IMG/VR virus record: IMGVR_UViG_3300025164_001013
Span: 1 to 42,808 of that record
DNA from: a virus
DNA length: 42,808 nucleotides
Direction: 5' to 3' (one strand)
Positions 25,828 to 33,146 of this stretch are shown piece after piece. The first letter of the stretch is position 1. Each line of letters begins with the position of its first letter. The translations under genes and the position numbers were made by a program. The notes beneath the pieces were generated by a model that did no database searches, was not told the DNA's origin, and worked only from the letters and a program-made list of their open reading frames with translations.

Positions 25828-25979
25828 GCGGCTCCTTGGGCGTCCACACGCTCTCTGGCGGCTGCCAGCTGCCGGCGGAGGCCGTCCGCTTGCTGCGCGT
25901 AGCGAGGCGCCTCGGCGAGCTGGTCCGCCACCTGCTCGCGCGTCGAGGGTGGGCGGGGCTGCTTGGTTGCCTCGCTCAT
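25824..25979 (-). CDS. 51-aa ORF, possibly the orphaned original C-terminus of the initiator
   Basis: ATG at 25979 in ATGA overlap with the DnaC-like stop. Its codons 9-21 (PPSTREQVADQLA) are encoded by the 39-bp repeat also found at the initiator 3' end. Confidence 0.35.
   Translation of the reverse strand: MSEATKQPRPPSTREQVADQLAEAPRYAQQADGLRRQLAAARERVDAQGAA
25914..25952. repeat. 39-bp perfect direct repeat (partner 26674..26712) bracketing the DnaC-like gene
   Basis: GGCGAGCTGGTCCGCCACCTGCTCGCGCGTCGAGGGTGG is present at both positions. The flanks differ. Confidence 0.9.
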
Positions 25980-26656
25980 CCCGCACCCCGCAGGTCTGGG
26001 CCGGTGTCCCGAACCCACGCCACGACCTTGAGCCGCGATTCGATCCGCGGGTCTCGGTACGCCTCGATGGCCTGCTCGCGCGCCAGGTTGGTGGTGATGA
26101 GCGTTCGGGCGCCTTGCCGGGCCTCGAGCAGCTCGCGCAGTGCCAGCACCATCCACTCTCGGTCGCGGCTGTGCTCCGTCCCGAGGTCGTCGAGCACCAG
26201 CAGGCGCGTCGCGAGCATCCGCTCCTGTTCGGCCGTTGCGTCGAGAGCCCGACTGGCGAAGGCCCGCACAACCGACGCGGCGGGGCGCTGTAGGCCGCCG
26301 AACTGTGCGAGCGCCATTGCGGCCGCGACCGTCTTGCCGCAGCCGGCTCCGCCCTGAAGCACGAGCACGGGCGGCTTGCCGGGCGCGAGCCAGCGCTCGG
26401 CCGCCCGCTGTGAGGTGCCGCGCGGCTCGAGTCGCCCTCGCACGAGAGCGTCCATGACCGGACCTGTGAGTGCCAACGCGACCCCCGAGACCCGGATCCG
26501 TTCGCGACGCTGGTCGCGCTCGATGTTCTGCCTGGCCTCGTGCTTGCCGCGCTCATGCTCGAGCGCGGCCTCGTCGTCGACGGCGCCTGAGCGCTCGACG
26601 CGCGCCAGCACGTCCCGCAGTGCATCTCCGAGTCGAGCGGTCACGCGTCCACCCAT
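25976..26656 (-). CDS. DnaC/IstB-like AAA+ helicase loader
   Basis: Walker A LQGGAGCGKT, Walker B LLVLDDLG. ATG at 26656; alternative GTG at 26644 in GTGA overlap. Confidence 0.8.
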   Translation of the reverse strand: MGGRVTARLGDALRDVLARVERSGAVDDEAALEHERGKHEARQNIERDQRRERIRVSGVALALTGPVMDALVRGRLEPRGTSQRAAERWLAPGKPPVLVLQGGAGCGKTVAAAMALAQFGGLQRPAASVVRAFASRALDATAEQERMLATRLLVLDDLGTEHSRDREWMVLALRELLEARQGARTLITTNLAREQAIEAYRDPRIESRLKVVAWVRDTGPDLRGAG

Positions 26657-27432
26657 TCCGGGTTTGGCTCGCGGGCGAGCTGGTCCGCCACCTGCTCGCG
26701 CGTCGAGGGTGGCAGGATGCCGCTCGCGCGCTGCGGCTGTGGCTCCGGCGCGTCGTCGACCCACTGCTCGAGCTGGGCGAGCAGCACCGCGAGACCGAGG
26801 TGGCGCGCCCGGACCTGCGAGTCGCGCTTGAATCTCTGGCAGGCCGCACGGAAGAGCTCGAGCGCCGTGGTGCCGCGCTCGGCCGCGAGACGCTCGAGCA
26901 GCGGAACGACGGCTCCAATGCGAGTCCGCATGACCCCGCTCGTCGTCAGCCCGCCAGCGCCGTCCCATGCGTCGGCCAGCTCGCGCTGGGACTGGGACTG
27001 GGTGGGACTGCGTGGGACTGGGACGGGGTGGGACTGCGTGGGACTGGGACTGTGGGACTGGTGGCCCGCAGGCGCGCGCGCGTTCTCGCTCTCTTCTGGT
27101 AAGATTGCGTATTCATTTGAGATCTTAAAGTCTTGAGGAGAGGATTCAGAGATCGCGCGCGGAGCAGTCCCACCAGTCCCACCCGGTTTTGGTACCGATT
27201 TTGGGGTGGGACTGGGGTGGGATTCCGTCGTGGGACTGGGGTGGGACTGGGGTGGGATTCCGTCGTGGGACTGGTGGGACTGGGACTGCGTGGGACTGGT
27301 GGCCGCGAGCTGGCGGGTCACGGCGCCGAGTAGCTCCACCTCGGGACCGAAGCCGGGCTCGCGGCAGAGTCGTGCGCGTACGACCCCGAGCGCGGCGATC
27401 GCGGTCTCGAGCGATTCTTGCCGACGTGCCAT
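26641..27432 (-). CDS. Replication initiator candidate (lambda O-like organisation) containing the origin
   Basis: ATG at 27432 preceded by GGGGGA. 263 aa. The central low-complexity linker (SHPSPT/PTQSQS) is encoded by the iteron arrays. Directly upstream of the DnaC-like gene. Confidence 0.6.
   Translation of the reverse strand: MARRQESLETAIAALGVVRARLCREPGFGPEVELLGAVTRQLAATSPTQSQSHQSHDGIPPQSHPSPTTESHPSPTPKSVPKPGGTGGTAPRAISESSPQDFKISNEYAILPEESENARAPAGHQSHSPSPTQSHPVPVPRSPTQSQSQRELADAWDGAGGLTTSGVMRTRIGAVVPLLERLAAERGTTALELFRAACQRFKRDSQVRARHLGLAVLLAQLEQWVDDAPEPQPQRASGILPPSTREQVADQLAREPNPEWVDA
26987..27297. repeat. Origin of replication: two iteron arrays flanking an AT-rich segment
   Basis: Left array: TGGGACT x8 plus 1 variant (26987..27059). 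AT-rich stretch at about 27091..27150. Two inverted copies of AGTCCCA (27166..27172, 27175..27181). Right array: TGGGACT x7 plus 2 TGGGATT variants (27207..27297), including a perfect 35-bp tandem duplication (27203..27237 and 27238..27272). Confidence 0.75.
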
Positions 27433-27482
27433 CACCAGTCCCCCAGGCGGCGTTTGTTGGTGCGGACCAAGGGCGCCTCCGA

Positions 27483-27992
27483 TCAGGAAGGTTCGACCGT
27501 GGGGGGCTCGTCGGTGTCGAGGTCGTCGTCGCTCTCGTCGCGCTTCTCGGGCAGGCGTCGGCTCTTGGGTGTGCGTGGGCGCTGGAATTCGGGCTGCGAG
27601 AAGCCGGCCTGGCACTCCTCGGCCGTCATGGTGCGGGCTGCGACGGCCTCGCCGGTGTCGTCGCGGCGGAGGATCATCGACTTGCCGATCCAGTCCGCGT
27701 ACCAGGTGCAGGACACGATGCGGTCCTCGCTCTGTCGGCGCACGACACCGGCGAGCTCAACGCGCTCGACGGCGAGGCCGTCGATCTTCCCTTTGTAGTG
27801 ATCGCTCTGGCGCTTCTTCTCTGCCTCGAGCGCCGAGAGGTCGTCTTCGATCTTCGCCAAGCGCATCGCGCGCTCGTTGAACTCCGTTTGGGTGAGCCTG
27901 CACGCGAGTACGCGCGACTCGGTCTGGTTGGTCTGTTGGATGGGCTCTTCGCCCGGGCTGCTGGCTGCGTTCGACGGTGGCTTCTTGGGCAC
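27483..27992 (-). CDS. Coiled-coil hypothetical protein with acidic tail
   Basis: GTG at 27992 preceded by GGAGGAGG 7 nt upstream. 169 aa. High GC3. Confidence 0.5.
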   Translation of the reverse strand: MPKKPPSNAASSPGEEPIQQTNQTESRVLACRLTQTEFNERAMRLAKIEDDLSALEAEKKRQSDHYKGKIDGLAVERVELAGVVRRQSEDRIVSCTWYADWIGKSMILRRDDTGEAVAARTMTAEECQAGFSQPEFQRPRTPKSRRLPEKRDESDDDLDTDEPPTVEPS

Positions 27993-28054
27993 GGTGGGTC
28001 CTCCTCCGGAAGCGCGTGCGTACTGACTGCGCGGGGTGTTGAGATACGGGCGAG

Positions 28055-28270
28055 TCAGAACCTCCCTGCGCCGCCTGCGCGGGCAGCGGCGTCGTCGCTC
28101 TGCGGGGGGGTGCAGAGCGCGGCTGCGTCGGGCTGCGACGCAGGGAGCGGTGGCGGGGGCGCGGCGTAGTAGCAGGGCATGCACAGGCCGCGCGTCTGAT
28201 CGAGGTCGAGGCGCTGCGTTTGCGTGCTTGCGGGCAGCAGGCAGCGCTTGCAGCGCTCGAGCGGCTTCAC
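28055..28270 (-). CDS. Small zinc-ribbon protein
   Basis: GTG at 28270 in GTGA overlap. CKRC...CMPC. Very high GC3 in this frame only. Confidence 0.45.
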   Translation of the reverse strand: MKPLERCKRCLLPASTQTQRLDLDQTRGLCMPCYYAAPPPPLPASQPDAAALCTPPQSDDAAARAGGAGRF

Positions 28271-28410
28271 GCGGCACCTCGTTCGGCGCGCCGCATCACC
28301 GAGACAGCGCTCGCAGCGTCGTGCGAGTAGCCGTAGGACGGCGCTCCGCGCGTAGGCGCAGCAGAGGCGCCGCAGCCGTCGAGCAACGCGACATAAAGCG
28401 CACGGATCAT
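28267..28410 (-). CDS. 47-aa hypothetical ORF
   Basis: ATG at 28410 in ATGA overlap with the upstream stop. Moderate GC3. Weak call. Confidence 0.3.
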   Translation of the reverse strand: MIRALYVALLDGCGASAAPTRGAPSYGYSHDAASAVSVMRRAERGAA

Positions 28411-28745
28411 GACGTCGTCTCGATGCGGTCGAGAAAAAGGTCCGCGCCCCCACGTGCGTCGGCTGGCTCCGAAGGGGCAGAAGAGGCAGCCCGGAAGGGC
28501 GCGGATCTTTGGACGCCGTCGAGCGCGCGGCACAACTCGCGCAGCACTGGCGATGCGCTCGCGAGCGCATCGGTTTCGCCGACAGGCACTCTCACCGAGC
28601 ACTGCGACCGGCAGCGCGCGCACAGTCCGCGCGCGTATTCGTGCGGGAGCATCGTCTCTCCGCAGACGCACACGATCCTGGCAGGAGCGGGCGCTGGGCG
28701 CAGTTCGACGATGCGGTCGAGCAGCTCGGGGGACGAATCGATCAC
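28407..28745 (-). CDS. Small zinc-ribbon protein
   Basis: GTG at 28745 in GTGA overlap. CVCG...CARC motif. 112 aa. Confidence 0.45.
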   Translation of the reverse strand: MIDSSPELLDRIVELRPAPAPARIVCVCGETMLPHEYARGLCARCRSQCSVRVPVGETDALASASPVLRELCRALDGVQRSAPFRAASSAPSEPADARGGADLFLDRIETTS

Positions 28746-29029
28746 AACGCGCCTCCGCTTCGGATCTGGGCCCGCTGTTGCGGGCTGAGCCCGTCTTCTG
28801 GACGCCGAGCGCACAGCAGATCGATCGTCCGCGAAGCGCTCTCGACCGTGGCGCGCCGCACCGACTCGCCGATCAGGTGCGCGAGCAGGTCGGAGCGGTG
28901 AGGCGCTGCGGGCTCTCGTGCTGCGAGCGGAAGGCCATCGATCGGCATCGGCCCGCGCGGCTGCCGAGAGAGCAGGTCGGCGCGCAGGAAGAGCGAGAGC
29001 GGCGAGGGCGAGCGAGCGAGCAGCGTCAA
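28742..29029 (-). CDS. Hypothetical protein
   Basis: High-GC3 frame. TTG at 29029 overlaps the upstream stop (TTGA). Alternative ATG at 28948. Start uncertain. Confidence 0.4.
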   Translation of the reverse strand: MTLLARSPSPLSLFLRADLLSRQPRGPMPIDGLPLAAREPAAPHRSDLLAHLIGESVRRATVESASRTIDLLCARRPEDGLSPQQRAQIRSGGAL

Positions 29030-29241
29030 GGCGCACCTCCGTCGGCCACGCCGGCGTCGCCGGCGTCGTCTTCGTCGGCCAGGTATGACCGGCACCAGTC
29101 CCGCACCTGGTCCGAGCGCGGGGTCGTGGAGTCGGCCGCGTACGCAGCGCGCGCCAGCAGGTACACGCAGCCGGTCGCGATCCCGATCGCGACGCTCAGC
29201 CCGAAGCGCTCGAGTGGTGAGACGGGGCGATGCGTCTTCAT
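29026..29241 (-). CDS. Small membrane protein
   Basis: ATG at 29241 in ATGA overlap. One hydrophobic helix FGLSVAIGIATGCVYLL. Acidic tail. Confidence 0.45.
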   Translation of the reverse strand: MKTHRPVSPLERFGLSVAIGIATGCVYLLARAAYAADSTTPRSDQVRDWCRSYLADEDDAGDAGVADGGAP

Positions 29242-29732
29242 CGCGGCCTCCCGCGCTCGATCGTCCTGCGCGCCCACGCCGCCGCTTCGAGCGCCGCGTC
29301 CGCGAGCTCGAGGGCTTCGTGCTCGATCGCCTCGAGGTCCAGCGTCGACAGCTCGCCGTCCTCGAGCGCGCGCGCAATCTCGCGCGGCACGTCGGCGGCC
29401 TGGTCGGCGACGGCCGCGATGCGGGCCACGTGGTTATCGGCGTGCAGCACCGCGGCATCGAGCAGCACCTGCGCGCCGTGCGCGGCGGCCTGCCAACGAA
29501 TCAGCTCGAGCGCCCAAGCGCGCGGACCCGCGGCGACGTGCAGCACCGACGGCGCGTGAGGCTCGTGCATGTGCCCCCAGCGCGACACGTGCGGACGGTC
29601 GGTGCCGGTGGCGTCGGCGAGCTGCTCGTGTGTCAGCTGCGCGCGGTCGGTGGCGAGCCGCTGCGCGCGCGCCAGTGAGGGCTTTAGGTGCTTGGGCCGC
29701 AGCACGGCGGGGCGCAGCTTGGGAGCGTTCAT
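29238..29732 (-). CDS. HTH DNA-binding regulator (CII-position)
   Basis: ATG at 29732 in ATGA overlap. Helix-turn-helix THEQLADATGTDRPHVSRW. Third gene of the early operon. Confidence 0.55.
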   Translation of the reverse strand: MNAPKLRPAVLRPKHLKPSLARAQRLATDRAQLTHEQLADATGTDRPHVSRWGHMHEPHAPSVLHVAAGPRAWALELIRWQAAAHGAQVLLDAAVLHADNHVARIAAVADQAADVPREIARALEDGELSTLDLEAIEHEALELADAALEAAAWARRTIERGRPR

Positions 29733-30256
29733 GGCGTCGGCTCCTCGGTGTCGATCTCGTGCACCCCGAGGCGGCGCGGTGGCAGCGGGCCCGCAAAGCG
29801 GCACGCCTCGCGCAGCTGATCGAGGTGGTAGGCGAGTAGCCCGAGATCGCCTGCCTCACCCACCACCGCGCCGAGCATCCGCTGAGCGCTCGACTGCACG
29901 CGCTCGAGTACTTCGAGCCGCTCGTGCAGCCAGCTCGCGATCGGCTTGGCGGTGTCCTCGTCGTAGCCGTGGCGCTCGCAGGCCTCGACGTGAGTGGCGA
30001 TCGTGGTCTGCTCTTCGGTGAGCAGGAAGCGCTTGAGCCGCAGCTCCTCGATCAGGGGAGTGAGGCGGTCGACCAGCGCAGCCACGATGCCGTCGCAGTG
30101 ATCGCAGTCGTCGTGGTAGCCGTCCTTGGCCGACCGCAGCGCGTCGAGCACGATGGTCGCGGCGTCGTCCCTGCACGACCGCGCAGGCACGGGCTCGGGC
30201 GCGTCGGTGGCTTCCGCGAGCTCGGGGCCCGCGGTATCGATCGGGCATGTGGTCAT
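29729..30256 (-). CDS. Hypothetical early protein
   Basis: ATG at 30256 in ATGA overlap with the Cro-like stop. 175 aa, acidic. HDDCDHCD cluster. Confidence 0.5.
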   Translation of the reverse strand: MTTCPIDTAGPELAEATDAPEPVPARSCRDDAATIVLDALRSAKDGYHDDCDHCDGIVAALVDRLTPLIEELRLKRFLLTEEQTTIATHVEACERHGYDEDTAKPIASWLHERLEVLERVQSSAQRMLGAVVGEAGDLGLLAYHLDQLREACRFAGPLPPRRLGVHEIDTEEPTP

Positions 30257-30501
30257 GGCGCGAGGCGCTCCGTTGTCGCGGGACGTCGCGTCCGTCTTGG
30301 CCAAGCACCCGGATCGATCCCGATGACGTCACGAATCTTGAGCGCGAGCCCGAGTCCTGGGCCGCGCTCTCCCAGCTCGAGCGCTGAGAGCATCGATTGC
30401 GAGGTTTCGAGCTGTGGCGCCGCCGCTTCCTGGCTGAGGCCTTGAGCCTCGCGCCAAGCCAGTAGCAGGAGCCTCGGATGCGCAGGATCGTCACGTTCCA
30501 C
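30253..30501 (-). CDS. Cro-like XRE-family HTH repressor
   Basis: 82 aa. HTH GLSQEAAAPQLETSQSMLSALELG. Divergent from the CI-like gene. GTG start. Confidence 0.7.
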   Translation of the reverse strand: MERDDPAHPRLLLLAWREAQGLSQEAAAPQLETSQSMLSALELGERGPGLGLALKIRDVIGIDPGAWPRRTRRPATTERLAP

Positions 30502-30574
30502 GCCCTTCTAACTACTTCCGTGGGTGCCCAAAGTCAACACTTCCGTGGTTGAGGTCAAAACTATAGTCGTGGTC
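30502..30574. promoter_or_regulatory. Immunity switch region with divergent promoters and candidate operators
   Basis: ACTTCCGTGG direct repeat at 30514..30523 and 30539..30548. Minus strand: TTGACT (30537..30532), 17 nt, TAGTTA (30514..30509), 7 nt before the Cro-like GTG. Plus strand: TATAGT (30562..30567), 7 nt before the CI-like ATG, with no good -35. Confidence 0.45.
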
Positions 30575-30955
30575 ATGGACTCGTTGGCCACGAAACGATT
30601 GGGCTACTTGCTGCGGTGGCTGCGGCAGCGTGACGGCCTGAGCCAGAAGGCGATGAGCAAGCGGATCGGTTGCTCGCAGGCGCAAGTCGACAAGCTCGAG
30701 AACGGCAAGACCGACAAGGCCGGCGTGCTGTGGATCGAGCAGGTCTGCGAGGAGTTTGAAATCCCGTGGGGCTACTTCGCAGAGCCCGGGCAGGCGCAGC
30801 TTGATCCGGCCGCGTACATGCGGGAGCACGCAGGCGCGGGGCGCCTCGAGGCGGTTGCGCGCGAGGTCGCGAGGGTGAGCGCGGGGCTCGAGGAGCTGAA
30901 GGCTCAGAAGCGCGACGAGCCGCCAAGCTCGACACGCAAGCGCACAGGCAGGTGA
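30575..30955 (+). CDS. CI-like XRE-family repressor
   Basis: ATG at 30575 (the tracked ORF starts at GTG 30524). HTH GLSQKAMSKRIGCSQAQVDKLENG. C-terminal helical region. Confidence 0.7.
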   Translation: MDSLATKRLGYLLRWLRQRDGLSQKAMSKRIGCSQAQVDKLENGKTDKAGVLWIEQVCEEFEIPWGYFAEPGQAQLDPAAYMREHAGAGRLEAVAREVARVSAGLEELKAQKRDEPPSSTRKRTGR

Positions 30956-30959
30956 GCGC

Positions 30960-31625
30960 TCAGGGAATGACCAGGCGCACGCTGTTCCAGCGATAGCCGG
31001 ACTCAAAGGTCATCGTGCCGTCCTGCATGTTGAACGAGCGCGCTCCGCAGGTGGTCGAGACCGCGCTTCCGCGGACGTCCATGTAGCTCTGGACGTAGCA
31101 GTCTTGGGCGGGACGAGCGGTCCCGACGGGCGTGCACGTCAGGTTCGCCCCGCACGCCCCAGGCGCGAATGGATCCTGTCCGAAGATCTCGCGGTCGCAG
31201 AAGATGAACACCGCGCCCGCGAGGTCGGTGATGGGTCGGTCTCCGATGTCCACCTCGGCATAGAAGACGGTCGACGTGGAGAAGCCAACAGGGTCCGTGT
31301 AGTCGACGCGACGGCCCGCCTCGATGTTGCACGTTGTCTGCAGCACGGTGGGCTCAGCGGGCTCCTGCGCGGCTGCGTCGCCCGGTCCGCCGTCGGCGCT
31401 TGCGGCATCGACCATCGCGTTGCCAGCGTCCTGCAGGGCGCCGCCTACGCCCGCGGCAGCGTCGGCGATGATGCTCCCAATCCCGCCCGTTTCCATCCCG
31501 GCGCCTGCGTCAGCGATCACCTCACCAGCGTCCATCATCGCGCCACCCACCGCGTGCGTCGCTGGCTCCGAACACGCGACCACGACACCAGCAATGAGAC
31601 CGGCCACCAAGGTTCGCTTGTCCAT
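30960..31625 (-). CDS. Secreted Cys-rich lipoprotein (moron)
   Basis: Signal peptide with lipobox GVVVAC. Gly/Ala/Asp-rich linker. C-terminal domain with at least 6 Cys. Convergent with the CI-like gene (4-bp gap). Confidence 0.6.
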   Translation of the reverse strand: MDKRTLVAGLIAGVVVACSEPATHAVGGAMMDAGEVIADAGAGMETGGIGSIIADAAAGVGGALQDAGNAMVDAASADGGPGDAAAQEPAEPTVLQTTCNIEAGRRVDYTDPVGFSTSTVFYAEVDIGDRPITDLAGAVFIFCDREIFGQDPFAPGACGANLTCTPVGTARPAQDCYVQSYMDVRGSAVSTTCGARSFNMQDGTMTFESGYRWNSVRLVIP

Positions 31626-31646
31626 CGAGATCCCCTCTGCTGTTCG

Positions 31647-32291
31647 CTACGGACTGATGCTCTCGCTCTTGCCGAAGAGCGCTGCCAAGTGCCCGCGCTC
31701 CTGCATCCAAGTCAGCTGGCCGTCGCCATTGCGCTGCGCGTAGCTCAGTAAGAAGCCCGACTTGGCCACCGGTGCCTTGTAGCGGTTTTCCTTCCATGCA
31801 CGGTAGGCCGCCTCGGAGCTGTACACGTCGATGACTACCGGGTCACGGCCCCGGGCGAGCAACACGATTAGCGCGCGGAGCTCGTCGGCCGTGGGGGTCT
31901 TCGCCTCGACGACCACTCGCGCGCCGTACGCGGTCTCGGCGGGCCTCTCGCCGGCTGAGTGCGGCTTCCAACTCTCAAGGACGACCGCGGACAGAGCTGA
32001 CGCAGGCGCGACCGCGGGACGCGACACCCTCGGGCCGACGGCGGACGGTAGTGGGCCGGGCGCGGATCTGCATTGAAGCCACCCTATGAACACGATCAGG
32101 AACAGCAGGGCGCCAGAGAACGGGCGGAGACACCCTGAGCGCTTCGGCGCAGGCGAGGCAGCTTCCGACAGCCCCGCGCCGGCGATGGTCGGCGCCGCGG
32201 TCCGCTGACGCATCGGACGGCCGCACTGCGGACAGCTCGCCGCCGCATCGCTCACCTTGCGGCCGCAGTCGCCGCACTTGACCAGCGCCAT
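31647..32291 (-). CDS. Membrane-anchored zinc-ribbon protein (moron)
   Basis: ATG at 32291 preceded by GGGGGA. N-terminal CGDCG...CPQCG ribbon, one TM helix LLFLIVFIGWL, and a 130-aa extracytoplasmic domain. Confidence 0.55.
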   Translation of the reverse strand: MALVKCGDCGRKVSDAAASCPQCGRPMRQRTAAPTIAGAGLSEAASPAPKRSGCLRPFSGALLFLIVFIGWLQCRSAPGPLPSAVGPRVSRPAVAPASALSAVVLESWKPHSAGERPAETAYGARVVVEAKTPTADELRALIVLLARGRDPVVIDVYSSEAAYRAWKENRYKAPVAKSGFLLSYAQRNGDGQLTWMQERGHLAALFGKSESISP

Positions 32292-32386
32292 CGAAACCGT
32301 CCCCCGCCCGGCAGCCCGGACGGCGGAGATCTGCCTCAGGAGCGGATGCCCGGTCAACGAACGCGGAACAATCAACCACAAAAGTA

Positions 32387-32415
32387 TTGACAGCGCGGCG
32401 AGCGACAACTACGTT
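32387..32415 (+). promoter_or_regulatory. Promoter of the rightward operon (leaderless geometry)
   Basis: TTGACA (32387..32392), 17 nt, TACGTT (32410..32415). The ATG of the first gene (32423) is 7 nt after the -10. Confidence 0.4.
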
Positions 32416-32422
32416 TGTGTTC

Positions 32423-32668
32423 ATGCCCTCGTCACTCACCCCCATCCCGCCCCTCCTCCCGGTCCCCTCCGCCACGCCTCACCTGCGCGACCTGCTCGAG
32501 CAGCAGAAGCGCGAGGCGGTCGCCCGCAGCCTCCGCGAGCACAGCGCCGCGTGGGCGGCCGCGCAGGCGTTCGCACCGCCGGTCGAGTGGCCCGAGCCCG
32601 CCGGCTGCTCGCGCGACTGGGCCTGCTACCTGGCGGACGGCCACAGGGGCGGGTGCTGCCGTGACTGA
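32423..32668 (+). CDS. Hypothetical protein
   Basis: ATG at 32423. 81 aa. High GC3. Confidence 0.45.
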   Translation: MPSSLTPIPPLLPVPSATPHLRDLLEQQKREAVARSLREHSAAWAAAQAFAPPVEWPEPAGCSRDWACYLADGHRGGCCRD

Positions 32669-32858
32669 GCGCGCGCGCCGCCCCGTGATCGTCTTCCGCA
32701 CCGCGCGTGCGCCCAGCTTCGCCCGCTGCTCGTGCGGCTGCGGGTCCTCGCTCGCTGGCCTGCGCTGCTGGTCGTGGCTCGAGCGCGACGGCAGCCCCGC
32801 CTACGGGTCGATCGGCTGCGTGTTTCCCGAGCGTGCGCTGCGCATCTCGGTGACCTGA
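32661..32858 (+). CDS. Small Cys-rich hypothetical protein
   Basis: GTG at 32661 overlaps the upstream stop by 8 nt. CSCGCG cluster. Confidence 0.4.
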   Translation: MTERARRPVIVFRTARAPSFARCSCGCGSSLAGLRCWSWLERDGSPAYGSIGCVFPERALRISVT

Positions 32859-32870
32859 CCTGAAAGGACC

Positions 32871-33146
32871 ATGGACGTGAACGAACATCTACAGGCAGTC
32901 CAGGACGCTGCGTGGTCGCTCAAGGACCTCTGCGACGACCTCGCACCGCGCAAGCTTGGCGAGCGCGACGTCGCGACGCTGCAAAGCGTGCTGCGCGACC
33001 TCGGTCGGCTCGAGCAGAAGCTGGTCGGTATCCGCGACAAGCGCAAGCGCGACAAGGGCGACGAGCCCGAGCCGCAGAGCAACGGCAGCAGCAGCACGGA
33101 GCCCGCGCAGCGCGCGCTCCAGACGGAGGATCCCAATGTCTTCTGA
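32871..33146 (+). CDS. Hypothetical helical protein
   Basis: 91-aa ORF. ATG preceded by GAAAGGA. Confidence 0.5.
   Translation: MDVNEHLQAVQDAAWSLKDLCDDLAPRKLGERDVATLQSVLRDLGRLEQKLVGIRDKRKRDKGDEPEPQSNGSSSTEPAQRALQTEDPNVF

Noticed and set aside
26987-27297. Possible CRISPR array suggested by many short repeats
   Set aside because: - The repeat unit is only 7-10 bp and the copies abut or overlap, with no unique spacers of 25-40 bp.
- Inverted copies and an AT-rich centre fit origin iterons.
- No cas genes are present.
30524-30574. Upstream GTG start for the CI-like repressor (MPKVNTSVVEVKTIVVV...)
   Set aside because: - The extension is encoded by the AT-richer operator/promoter region and is Val/Thr-rich with low GC3.
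- It would place the divergent promoters inside the gene.
- ATG 30575 directly precedes the HTH domain. This remains possible and should be tested.
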